Source: Planctomycetota bacterium
GTDB lineage: Bacteria; Planctomycetota; Planctomycetia; Pirellulales; Pirellulaceae
Direction of reading: 5' to 3'
DNA: 64,000 nt
NCBI GenBank assembly: GCA_963578105.1
Contig: CAUZBP010000013.1
Location: forward strand, 8,562 to 72,561
Made by a program: the position numbers and the translations under genes. Positions 20,069-29,177 of this stretch are shown piece by piece; within the stretch, counting starts at the first letter, position 1, and every line of letters starts with the position of its first letter. The notes under the pieces were generated by a model, which was not told the origin of the DNA, did not search any database, and saw only the letters and a list, made by a program, of their open reading frames with translations.

Positions 20069-21727
20069 TCAGCTACTATACATTCTCTCGATTTCTGAAC
20101 GGTAGTTTTGTTCAATGACATGTCGTCGTAGGCTCAGTTTGGGTGTCAACTCTCCTTGCTCGATACTAAAAGGACGAGCCAGTAGTAAGAATTCGCCGAT
20201 CTTTTCATGCTGTGATACTTCCGCCAGCTGTGTCTCGATACAAAATCTGATGATTTCCCGCAATTCGGGAATGTCATAAGAGGATTCTTCCGGACGGTGA
20301 ACACCGCGCCTGTGCGCTGCTTGCAGCAGCATATTTTCTTCGGGAACGACCAGGGCCGTCAAATATCTGCGACCTTCGCCAATAACGACGGCTTGTTGAA
20401 TCAAAGGGTCCCGAGTCAAAAGTGATTCCAGATGTACGGGGGCAATGTTTTTGCCTCCTGCAGTGACGATCAGTTCCTTTTTGCGACCAGTAATCTTGAG
20501 GTAGCCGTCGTTATCAATCTGGCCCAGATCTCCAGTAGAAAACCAACCATCTTGCAACACGGCAGCCGTCGCTTTCTCGTTCTGCCAGTATCCCAACATG
20601 ATGTTGGGACCGCGAACCACGATTTCACCATCATCCGCGATCCGAATTTCGACAGTCGATAAGGGTTGTCCCACGGTTCCGCGCTTCCAAGCGTCAGCCA
20701 TTGCCGTTGCCAGGACGGGAGCTGTCTCGGTTAACCCGTAACCTTGATAAAGCGGCACGTCGTTGTGATGGAAGAAGTCGGACAGATGGTCAGGAAGTGC
20801 AGCTCCACCGGAACCACATTTGCGAATGCGCCCGCCAAGCATCTGGCGAAGGTGATGCTCCTCTAAATCCTGCCCCTGTGCAGTCAGATGGCGATAGATG
20901 CGGTCATAAAAGTGAGGAACCCCGTTGAGCATGGTGGGTTTGAGCATGCGGCAATCGGCGATGACGGTGTCACGATTTTCGGCCAGCGCCAGTTCGCCCT
21001 GGCCGGCAATCCAAGCGTAAAGATCGCACGTACGGGCGTAGATATGGCTTAAGGGAAGAAAATTCAGACGCAAGTCGTCGGATTCCATTCCATAAACGGC
21101 ACTCATGCTGCATGCATTGGATGCCAGATTACCCTGACTCAGCATGACTCCCTTGGGTTCTCCGGTGGTTCCTGACGTGTAGAGTATGGTGGCTAGCCTG
21201 AGCGGGTCTGACTCTTGAACTGCTTGCTCCAGCAACGATGCCCCCTGAGAGCGATCTTCCGAGTCGATGACGTCGGACCAACGAAGAACCTGATGGTCAG
21301 CGACACTCAGCTGATCGGATTCGTAACCGATGAATTTCAGCCCGGCAGGCAACGATTTACCAGCCGATGCAATTTTTTCCGCTTGATGTCTATCGGAAAC
21401 GAAGGCCAATCTGGCTTCGCTGTGCATTATTTGCCAGACAATCTGTTCACCAGAAAGAGTTGCGTGGATAGGAACGTGTACCGCCTGCACGACATGGATT
21501 GCCAGGTCCGAGATCAACCACTCGTAGCAATTGCCGGAGACTTGAGCAATTCGATCACCTGGTTGTATGTCCAGGCTGACGAGAGCGGCTGACAAACGTT
21601 GTACATCGTGAGCAATTTGTTCCCAGGTCAATCCTTGAAAAGCATTCCCCTGCTTAACCCATAAGGCTCGTTGATTGAGGTCCCGACGAACGCGGCGAGC
21701 CCAAAGTGAGATGATCGTGTCATTCAT
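20069..21727 (-). CDS. fadD: Long-chain fatty acid-CoA ligase (AMP-dependent synthetase)
   Basis: AMP-binding motif ILYTSGTTGEPKGVMLSQGN, then GYGLTETAP, WFSTGDLG and ITGRKKELI. Confidence 0.9.
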   Translation of the reverse strand: MNDTIISLWARRVRRDLNQRALWVKQGNAFQGLTWEQIAHDVQRLSAALVSLDIQPGDRIAQVSGNCYEWLISDLAIHVVQAVHVPIHATLSGEQIVWQIMHSEARLAFVSDRHQAEKIASAGKSLPAGLKFIGYESDQLSVADHQVLRWSDVIDSEDRSQGASLLEQAVQESDPLRLATILYTSGTTGEPKGVMLSQGNLASNACSMSAVYGMESDDLRLNFLPLSHIYARTCDLYAWIAGQGELALAENRDTVIADCRMLKPTMLNGVPHFYDRIYRHLTAQGQDLEEHHLRQMLGGRIRKCGSGGAALPDHLSDFFHHNDVPLYQGYGLTETAPVLATAMADAWKRGTVGQPLSTVEIRIADDGEIVVRGPNIMLGYWQNEKATAAVLQDGWFSTGDLGQIDNDGYLKITGRKKELIVTAGGKNIAPVHLESLLTRDPLIQQAVVIGEGRRYLTALVVPEENMLLQAAHRRGVHRPEESSYDIPELREIIRFCIETQLAEVSQHEKIGEFLLLARPFSIEQGELTPKLSLRRHVIEQNYRSEIERMYSS

Positions 21728-21832
21728 ATTCGGTGAACGAATTGTTTGGAACTCCCCGTGTCGGGGTCGATGAACGTTTCTGGAATTTATCGTTTTGACA
21801 TGTAAGAGTATTCAGCTGTGCGGACTTGGGGA

Positions 21833-22990
21833 CTAGATCCGCTCAAAAATCGTCGCAATGCCTTGACCCATGCCGATACACATTGTTGCCAGACCGAATT
21901 TCGCATCTTGGTCCAACATGGTGTGAATCAGTGTGGTGGCAATACGGGCGCCACTGGCACCGAGAGGGTGACCAATCGCGATGGATCCGCCCCGAACGTT
22001 TACTTTTTTCGGGTCCAAATCAAGCATTTGAATGCAGGCTAATGCTTGGGCGGCGAATGCCTCGTTTAGCTCGATGAGGTCCATGTCCTTGAGTTCCAAG
22101 CCGGCACGACGGAGAGCTTTAGTGGTTGCTGGCACGGGACCAGTTCCCATGATCGACGGTTCGACTCCGGCTACCGCTGTGGCGCGGATTCGAACCAGGG
22201 GGGTTAGTTCTAACTGATTTGCTTTTTCCGCTGACATGACGAGCATGGCCGCGGCACCGTCATTCAACGGTGAACTGTTGCCGGCGGTGATCGTTCCACC
22301 CTTGGGCATAAAAGCGGGGGCTAAGGCGGCCAGTGCGTCGATACTTGTGTCGGAGCGCACACACTGGTCGTGATCGACCAAGATCAGATTGCCTTCTTCA
22401 TCGCTTCCTGTGAGCGATATCATCTCGGATTTGAAAGCTCCTTGCTGCTGTGCGTTTGCAGCTTTTTGATGGCTGGAGAGTGCAAAGTTGTCCTGGTCTG
22501 CACGTGAGATACCTTGGGTTTGAGCCAGAAATTCGGCCGTGATCCCCATGTGCAAAGCGGCTTGTGACGTGCGATGGAATAGCTTGGGGTTGAGATCCAG
22601 TCCGTGATCCATGGGCAGGTGCTGCATGTGTTCCAAGCCTCCTGCAATCTGTACGTCTTCCGCTCCGGCTGCGATAGAATGCGCGGCCTGGTTCACGGCT
22701 TGCAGACTGCTTCCACAGAGACGATTGATCGTGGCACCGCCCGTTTGCACTGACAGCCCGGCCATCAGCCCGATATTTCGTGCCGCATTCAGACCTTGTT
22801 CCATGGTCTGTTGGGTGTTCCCCATCGTCACGTCCTCGACGGCGGCTGGGTCAATGGCAGTACGCTGCAGCAGTGCCTTAACACAGGCAACGGCCAAGTC
22901 GTCGCTGCGGACGTTGCGAAAATACCCCTTTTCTTGATGAGCTCGGCCAACAGGTGTGCGGACACAGTCAATCACAACGGCGGAGGACAT
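21833..22990 (-). CDS. fadA: Acetyl-CoA C-acyltransferase (3-ketoacyl-CoA thiolase)
   Basis: Active-site Cys region TINRLCGSSLQAV, then NEAFAAQ, GGSIAIGHPLGASGARI and CIGMGQGIATIFE. Confidence 0.95.
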   Translation of the reverse strand: MSSAVVIDCVRTPVGRAHQEKGYFRNVRSDDLAVACVKALLQRTAIDPAAVEDVTMGNTQQTMEQGLNAARNIGLMAGLSVQTGGATINRLCGSSLQAVNQAAHSIAAGAEDVQIAGGLEHMQHLPMDHGLDLNPKLFHRTSQAALHMGITAEFLAQTQGISRADQDNFALSSHQKAANAQQQGAFKSEMISLTGSDEEGNLILVDHDQCVRSDTSIDALAALAPAFMPKGGTITAGNSSPLNDGAAAMLVMSAEKANQLELTPLVRIRATAVAGVEPSIMGTGPVPATTKALRRAGLELKDMDLIELNEAFAAQALACIQMLDLDPKKVNVRGGSIAIGHPLGASGARIATTLIHTMLDQDAKFGLATMCIGMGQGIATIFERI

Positions 22991-23160
22991 ATTGAGTCTC
23001 CAGGAGAGAATAATATATGGAGCAATAGCATGTTGCCATCACAAAAAGAACTACGTTCACCCCGATGAACATCCCAGCTTTTCTTGATTCGACCCTTACC
23101 GGCCATGGGCCTCGATCTGTCTGAAGTTGTGAACGGGGTCTTCGGGGCGGCAATTCGGTT

Positions 23161-25320
23161 CTATGGTTCTGCGTAAAATTTGTCGCCGTCGGGTACCATG
23201 GATAGGAGTAGGTCGGTTGGTTGGAATCGCGGTCCCAATTCTTCCAATGGTTTAAGTTGCTCGACGATACTTGCGGCACCCATCGTATCGGCCCAAAATA
23301 GCAACCCCCCCCGGAACGGTGGAAACCCGATCCCAAAGATTAATCCCAAATCGACATCGCGCACGTCCCGCACAATTCTTGCTTCCAGGACTCGGGTTGC
23401 TTCGAGTAACATGGGCATGAACAAGCGTGACGTCAGCTCTTCCACAGAGAACGTTTTAGGCCCTGCAGAGCTCAAATGGGGTTCCAAAATGTTCGAAAGC
23501 GTCGCATCGGGTGCGGGTTTTTGTTTGCGATTTTGGTAGGAATAAAACCCGACTCCGCTTTTGCGACCCAGGCGACCCGCATCGACCATGGCTGCCAGAA
23601 TCGGTGAGGAGACAACACGTTCGGGGAATGCACTAGCCATCGTGCTTCCTGCGTAGAGAGCCGTGTCAATTCCCACCATGTCGTACAACTCGATGGGACC
23701 CATGGGCATACCAAATTTTTTGGCCGCCCGTTCGATGGCTTTCATATCGGCGCCTTCAGAAAGTAACTCGAGCGCTTCCTGCATGTAAGGAAATAGGAGC
23801 CGGTTGACCAGGAATCCAGGCCCGTCATTGACGACAATGGGTGATTTTCCAATTTGTTTTGCATAGGCCACTGCGGTGGCGACCGTTTTGTCGCTCGTCT
23901 TGTCACCGCGAATGACCTCCACGAGCTTCATGCGGCGGACGGGATTAAAAAAGTGGATTCCGCAAAACCGCTCGGGACGTTGCAGTTGTGAGGCTAATTC
24001 TGTAACCGGAATTGTGGATGTGTTGGATGCCAGGATCGCGTCTGGTTTCATTTTCGACTCCAGGCGCTGATAGGATTGTTGCTTGATGTCCGCATTTTCC
24101 ACGACCGCCTCGATGACGAGATCGGCTGAAACCAGTTCTTCGTCAGAGAGCGTGCCATTAATCATGGCGGAATATTTCATGGCTCGCTCAACGTCCGGCC
24201 CACGGGTCGCTTTGTTGTACGCCACTTCTTTGATGATTTCCTGAATCCCCCGTGCTACAGCCTCGGATGAGATGTCAGTGATGGCGGTGGGAATTCCCCG
24301 TTTTACATTGGCCGCGGCAATCCCGGCGCCCATGATTCCGGATCCCAGCACGGAAACCGACTTGATTTTTTCCGTACTCACACCTGCGACATTTACACCG
24401 GTGTCCTTTTTGTTACGGTCGGTGAGGAAAAAAATATTCAACAGTGCCGCATTGACCGGTGATCCGAACAACGCCGCCATGCCGTCGGCTTCCATTTGGC
24501 ACGCCGTATCGACATCCTGACTGGCCGCCCCCAACATCACCTCTAAGGCCGCTAAGGGAGCCGGATAGTTACCCTTGGTTTGATCTTGGATATAGGCGGA
24601 GGCCGTGATACCAAGAAATCCGAGTTCAGTCTCGTTGACATCGATAGGACCACGCCAGCGTTCTCGATCTTTTAGGTAATTTCCACTTTGTTGTTCTAAG
24701 CGGACAAGCTGAATCGCCGTGTTGAGTAATTGATCCTTTGAAACTACGGCGGTTGCATAACCCATTTTGGTGGCCGCACGGGAATCGATGGATTTGCCGC
24801 CGGTCACTAGTTCCACGGCATTTCCCAGACCGACAATTCTGGACGAACGTGCTGTGCCGCCCCAACCGGGGAAGAGTCCTAACTGGACCTCGGGAAATCC
24901 AAACTCGGTACGTGGTTCGTCGGACATGATTCTGCGGTCACACCAGCTGGCGAGTTCCGCTCCGCCCCCGACACAGATTCCGTCGATGGCAGCGACCGTG
25001 ACAAATGGGCACTGGGAGAGCCGGCGAAAAAGATTTTGGCCATTTCGGCAGGTTTCAACGACGTCTTCGCGCGGCACGTTTAATGAAGCAGCGAACTCGC
25101 GTAGGTCGGCACCTGCCACGAACATGCCGGGTTTACCTGAGATGAGGATCAAACCGGCCAAATCATCACGCTGCTCTAGCGAATCCAGGTGCTGCGAGAG
25201 TTCTGCCAGCACGTTCCGAGACAGGATGTTGGCACCCTTGTCCGGTACATCAAACGTCAACAGCGCTAGATCGGATTCAGGGTATGTGAGAGTGAAATTG
25301 TCCAATTTAGTTGCAACCAT
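23161..25320 (-). CDS. fadB: Fatty-acid oxidation multifunctional protein (enoyl-CoA hydratase / 3-hydroxyacyl-CoA dehydrogenase)
   Basis: ATG at 25320 (MVATKLDNFTLTYP). Crotonase part FVAGADLREF...AAIDGICVGGGAELA. NAD-binding VSVLGSGIMGAGIAAANVKRG, then HFFNPVRRMKLVEVI. The track ORF is over-extended to 25479. Confidence 0.92.
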   Translation of the reverse strand: MVATKLDNFTLTYPESDLALLTFDVPDKGANILSRNVLAELSQHLDSLEQRDDLAGLILISGKPGMFVAGADLREFAASLNVPREDVVETCRNGQNLFRRLSQCPFVTVAAIDGICVGGGAELASWCDRRIMSDEPRTEFGFPEVQLGLFPGWGGTARSSRIVGLGNAVELVTGGKSIDSRAATKMGYATAVVSKDQLLNTAIQLVRLEQQSGNYLKDRERWRGPIDVNETELGFLGITASAYIQDQTKGNYPAPLAALEVMLGAASQDVDTACQMEADGMAALFGSPVNAALLNIFFLTDRNKKDTGVNVAGVSTEKIKSVSVLGSGIMGAGIAAANVKRGIPTAITDISSEAVARGIQEIIKEVAYNKATRGPDVERAMKYSAMINGTLSDEELVSADLVIEAVVENADIKQQSYQRLESKMKPDAILASNTSTIPVTELASQLQRPERFCGIHFFNPVRRMKLVEVIRGDKTSDKTVATAVAYAKQIGKSPIVVNDGPGFLVNRLLFPYMQEALELLSEGADMKAIERAAKKFGMPMGPIELYDMVGIDTALYAGSTMASAFPERVVSSPILAAMVDAGRLGRKSGVGFYSYQNRKQKPAPDATLSNILEPHLSSAGPKTFSVEELTSRLFMPMLLEATRVLEARIVRDVRDVDLGLIFGIGFPPFRGGLLFWADTMGAASIVEQLKPLEELGPRFQPTDLLLSMVPDGDKFYAEP

Positions 25321-25716
25321 GGGGCGAGCCTCTTGCGGGAAGAGTGAACCGGCAAATGCCTGATCCCTCGGTGATCCCTGAAAGGTAACGATTTGCCAGG
25401 GTAGCGGAAAGCCCAGTGATGTTCCTGTAGCGAGAGGTTCTGGAGAACGTCTTTTCAACCCTGGTAGCATCGCGCCCAACGGCTGCCGGCGGGGTCATCA
25501 ACGATCGGGCGAAGAATGTGCCGACAAGTAGGGTTCTAAGGCTGTGAAATATCACAAAAAAGAAAAATTCTACGCCCACCCAGACGTTGCCAACCAAACC
25601 GAAAAAGCTGATAACTCAAAGGTTCACGATCTGCCGGCTCCCGGAAGTCAGATCATGGTCACCAGGGAAGCGATTGCGATTGGCGGAGCCAGGTATGTAA
25701 GTGATCCGATGCAAAA

Positions 25717-26160
25717 ATGATGACAAAAATGAATGGGTCTTCGACGGAGGGGGTGATGCGCAACTTGCAGCAATGGTTGTTTATTCTGTTGACAATCGGC
25801 TTGCTTACTGTTGTCGAAACGGACGTGCGATCCGATCAGCCCGATGTAAAAAGGGTTCTACTGACCGTTGACTACGGAGACGGTGTCCAGAAGAAATTTA
25901 CGTCGATTGACTGGAAAGATAAGATGACGATCCTAGATATATTGAAAGTTGCAACGAAGCATCGAAGGGGAATTCGCTTTAAATATCAAGCGTCGGGAAG
26001 CATCGCCTTATTGACCAGCATCGATGACCTCGAGAATGAGGGTGGACAAGGTAAAAACTGGATTTATTGGGTCAATCAGAAGCTGGGTGAGAGAAGTTTT
26101 GCGATTCGCAGCCTGTCGGCCGGGGACCACGTCTTGTGGAAGTTTGGCACCTACGAATAG
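25717..26160 (+). CDS. Secreted DUF4430-like protein (transcobalamin beta-domain-like fold family)
   Basis: Signal/TM LQQWLFILLTIGLLTVVE. VLLTVDYGDGVQKKFTSIDWKDKMTILDILK...SIALLTSIDDLENEGGQGKNWIYWVNQK matches the DUF4430 pattern as I remember it. Confidence 0.7.
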   Translation: MMTKMNGSSTEGVMRNLQQWLFILLTIGLLTVVETDVRSDQPDVKRVLLTVDYGDGVQKKFTSIDWKDKMTILDILKVATKHRRGIRFKYQASGSIALLTSIDDLENEGGQGKNWIYWVNQKLGERSFAIRSLSAGDHVLWKFGTYE

Positions 26161-26170
26161 AATCGAGGGG

Positions 26171-26199
26171 TCTCATGCATGAGAATCCTGGCCGGATTC
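26171..26199. repeat. Perfect 14-bp palindrome TCTCATGCATGAGA overlapping a second hairpin (GAATCC-tggcc-GGATTC)
   Basis: Read directly from the sequence, 11 nt after the DUF4430 stop and before the next gene. No T-tract follows, so it is not a canonical terminator. Confidence 0.5.
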
Positions 26200-26354
26200 A
26201 ATAGCCGCGTTCTGCAGGCCGTCAACGGAATCGCACCCGGTGAGGACCGTGAGATAAAAAAACTCAAATGACAGAATCGTGAGGCGTGCAGAGTTGTTTA
26301 ATTCGGTTGCATTTTCGCAGCAATAAGACGGACTAGTCGGGAGCGAACTTTTCC

Positions 26355-26927
26355 ATGAAGCGATTTTCAAAATTCGAAGCATTGGCTTTTGTGTTTCTTA
26401 TATCAGCCGGAGTAGGACTCAGACTGTCATTGCATGAGATTCCGAATTTTGCACCAGTGACAGCCATCGCTCTCTTCTCTGGATTTTTCTTTCGTCGTTG
26501 GACGGTTGCCGTAAGTGTACCACTTCTCACCATGGCTATCAGTGACGCGTGGATTGGCGGCTACCATTTGGGGATGATGCTGGTGGTGTATGCAATGTTG
26601 GCACTGCCCGTCACTTGTCGTGGAGTACTAAGACGGTTGATGACCACAAATGGTGCTCCGTTGGCTTCTTCATGGCAAACGATTTTGGGGGTGGCCGGTT
26701 GCAGCCTTGTCGCATCAATTCTGTTTTTTGTGGTTACCAATCTGGGCTACTGGTATCTTTATGATCACCCCAGGACGATCGCAGGACTTGGGCAATGTTA
26801 CCTGCAAGCGATTCCGTTCTTCCGCTATACGCTTGGCAGCGACCTTCTGTTTGGACTTACTCTGTTTGGGTGTCACGGATTTGTGTCGAGCTATCTTGCC
26901 CTGCCAGGGCGCGCTGTGCGTGCGTGA
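26355..26927 (+). CDS. Six-TM membrane protein, DUF6580-like putative (vitamin?) transporter
   Basis: 190 aa with about 6 hydrophobic helices. The N-terminal RLSLHEIPNFAPVTAIALFSG pattern resembles the family annotated as 'DUF6580 putative transport protein'. Confidence 0.65.
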   Translation: MKRFSKFEALAFVFLISAGVGLRLSLHEIPNFAPVTAIALFSGFFFRRWTVAVSVPLLTMAISDAWIGGYHLGMMLVVYAMLALPVTCRGVLRRLMTTNGAPLASSWQTILGVAGCSLVASILFFVVTNLGYWYLYDHPRTIAGLGQCYLQAIPFFRYTLGSDLLFGLTLFGCHGFVSSYLALPGRAVRA

Positions 26928-27122
26928 ATTTCCCCGCTGAGTGTTGCCGAAGGGTTCAGCGCTCAGGAGATGGCATGAGCAGCGGCGATCAAGACCGAGA
27001 GACAGTCGTACTGGTTCGCAGGTGGGGGCCTCAGAATGAGAAAAGCCCGTTCCGTCTGTCGGAAAAGATCTGAACGCTAAAGCGAATCAGCCTAAAGCGT
27101 CCTCTTGGCGTCTACCGCTATC

Positions 27123-28562
27123 TCAAGGAGCAGTCGCTTCTGCGACTTCGTTGCCGACTGCTGCTTGCTGGGAGTTTTCAGGGACGTTTTCTAGCTGGGC
27201 GAGCCTGCTTTTCAGTACCCGAATCTCTTTTTTCAGATCGTTGTACAAGGTGGAGGCATCCTCTGGTTTGCGACTACAAACCCCAATCAATTCGTCGACC
27301 GATTGCTGTAAATCATCAAGATTCGCTTCGCTGCCGACCTGGGATCGAATTCCGGACAATCCTTTGTTGACCGAGATTAAGGTCACCAAAAGTCGCCGCC
27401 GAGAAAGCGTCATGAGAATATCTTCATCGGATTCAGGTTCCTCTCGCTTTTTCCTGGCTGCGTTGTCGTAGTTTCGTTCATCTACATCCAGAGGTGCCAA
27501 ATCGGGGCGTGTATACCGCCTTGTTTGTGCTTGTAAGCGATCAAGGTTGTCCAGTTCCTGGGAGGATACTTCCAGGACCAAATTGACAACTTTTGCAGCC
27601 AGCTCCGCAGGATTGCCGGCGTATTTCGGAGGCAATTCGATTTGGCCTATTGCCTCGGCCGCGGTGCGACGCAAATCGGCAGGAGCTCCATCTTCGTCGA
27701 ACACTCCCGCAATCGCACTGGACACCGCACCACTTTTGTCCGTTAAGCGAAGAGCTGCTAGGATTTCAACACAGCGGCGGCGCATCCAAACGTGTCCTTC
27801 CACGGAACGGTTCGGAGGGGCCGTTTGCTTTTCGAGAAGCGGCATTAGCATTTTTACAAGCTGCAATTTGATAGCTGGCGAAAGTGGCTGGTTGGGAGGT
27901 TCGCGCAGACGGTCGAGTTCGACATGGCGCAAAATGCCGACCAGAGCAGCAATACGGAGGGTGTCCAATTGATTTTCTTTCAGAAATTGATCTCTGAGAA
28001 ACCCCAAGGTTTTGCGAAGTGGGTCGGGAGCCGACCTATTCAAACCCAGGCGTATTTCTTCTTTTTGGTTGAGTTCGCCCAGAATCAACATCGCATTGTA
28101 TCGGACAGCAGGATGGTAAGACTGTTTCTCGACCAAGAACTTCATCGCGTCGTACACACGCTTTAAGAGGTACGCATGGAAATCCGCTGATTTCGTTGCC
28201 TTGAGATCCATCAAAAGGGTGCGACGATGCACGTCCAGATCACCCAATGGATCAGATGTCACGCGTGGAATCGCTTTGGTTTGAGTCATTAGGGGAAACA
28301 GGTACTTGCTGTAATAGCGGTCCAAGGCTTCTCGGTTGCTGGCGAAATCAGATTGGCCACGTGCCACGCTGTCCTTCGTAAGCTTCAGTTTGTTCCGAAG
28401 GAGTTTGTTGCTGATTAATTCGCGGTCTCGCAAAGGTGCTGAAGAATACTTGGGACCGTCAGCCATCACTTGATTTGACAGAGCAGCTAAAAGCAACCCG
28501 GTGGTTACACAGAAGAGTGCTGTGGCTTGTAATCCAACAACCTTGAGTTCTTGATTTGCCAT
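27123..28562 (-). CDS. Hypothetical exported/anchored alpha-helical (HEAT-like) protein with a C-terminal coiled coil
   Basis: ATG at 28562 (MANQELKVVGLQATALFCVTTGLLLAALSNQVMA is a signal or anchor). The long ORF has coding-like composition. I recognise no catalytic motif. Confidence 0.65.
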   Translation of the reverse strand: MANQELKVVGLQATALFCVTTGLLLAALSNQVMADGPKYSSAPLRDRELISNKLLRNKLKLTKDSVARGQSDFASNREALDRYYSKYLFPLMTQTKAIPRVTSDPLGDLDVHRRTLLMDLKATKSADFHAYLLKRVYDAMKFLVEKQSYHPAVRYNAMLILGELNQKEEIRLGLNRSAPDPLRKTLGFLRDQFLKENQLDTLRIAALVGILRHVELDRLREPPNQPLSPAIKLQLVKMLMPLLEKQTAPPNRSVEGHVWMRRRCVEILAALRLTDKSGAVSSAIAGVFDEDGAPADLRRTAAEAIGQIELPPKYAGNPAELAAKVVNLVLEVSSQELDNLDRLQAQTRRYTRPDLAPLDVDERNYDNAARKKREEPESDEDILMTLSRRRLLVTLISVNKGLSGIRSQVGSEANLDDLQQSVDELIGVCSRKPEDASTLYNDLKKEIRVLKSRLAQLENVPENSQQAAVGNEVAEATAP

Positions 28563-28892
28563 GATTGTCTGCTCCGAATTGCCATCGACGATGGCGCGCC
28601 TGGAAGACTGTACAAGAGAAGGAGACAAGCGGATCGTTGAAATCATTCAGGACGCGACTTACAACATGCCGTACCGATGCATCCTGCAGCAAGATGCCAA
28701 CGACGCAACCTCCTCTGGTTCCTTCCGAGCGGGATCACCTCTACTAAAACCCGCATATTTTAGTCTACTCGTCCAGAGAACGGATTGTCAACTTTGAGCG
28801 GTCCTTCTGCAGGGAGTCTTGCGCGACAGGCGGGCACAAAATTTCTAAACATGCCGGCATAGAAGCGTTTGTCCACGAGAGTTGTCCAATAC

Positions 28893-28911
28893 TCTGAAAA
28901 GTGTTTTCAGA
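28893..28911. repeat. Inverted repeat TCTGAAAA-gtg-TTTTCAGA (8-bp arms)
   Basis: Read directly from the sequence. It lies in the 615-bp divergent intergenic region, about 270 bp upstream of the LOG-family gene start. Confidence 0.5.
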
Positions 28912-29177
28912 ATCGGGTTGCGTCGGTTATCGGGAAAATCTGGCGTGTCCGCGCTGGTCCGGAGAGGCGATATTTTTTTGCGGCTGAAATAGTTGTTTGT
29001 CTCGAATACAGGTTTGGATCAAATGTCGGGATTCGACTCAAACCTTCATGTGTTGTCCAGCCCGTACCGCCGGGAGGATGGTTACTTAGCAATTTGCACG
29101 AGACTGACGTACAATCCAATGTTGACGCGCCGCTGAATGAACGGTTCAAACCATCGTCAACTCGGGAATCGAATCTC

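Noticed and set aside
22181-22200. tRNA T-arm-like string (reverse complement CCTGGTTCGAATCCGCGCC).
   Set aside because: It lies inside the fadA coding frame. The flanking bases do not pair into a T-stem (CCTGG versus CCGCG), and no acceptor or anticodon arms can be drawn.
23305-23312. C8 (G8 on the coding strand) homopolymer inside fadB; also a G7 run at 3436-3442.
   Set aside because: They encode in-frame Gly/Pro codons within intact conserved genes, and I see no sign of a frameshift.
24767-25363. 198-aa plus-strand ORF antisense to fadB. Similar cases are 58774-59310 (antisense to clpB), 62585-63226 (antisense to pheA), 40464-41072 (alternative frame in the permease) and 12601-13041 (antisense to the DUF4432 gene).
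   Set aside because: All lie fully inside genes with unambiguous conserved motifs in the other frame or strand, and all have off-frame composition.
25480-25716. Possible cobalamin riboswitch upstream of the DUF4430/DUF6580 pair (fragments AGTCAGA and AGGGAAG).
   Set aside because: The fragments occur in the wrong order relative to the cobalamin riboswitch consensus, where the GGGAA...GGTG core precedes the B12 box. I could not find a GCCACTG-type B12 box or a CCCGCAACTGTAA-like element on either strand. An Infernal scan with the Rfam cobalamin models would settle it.
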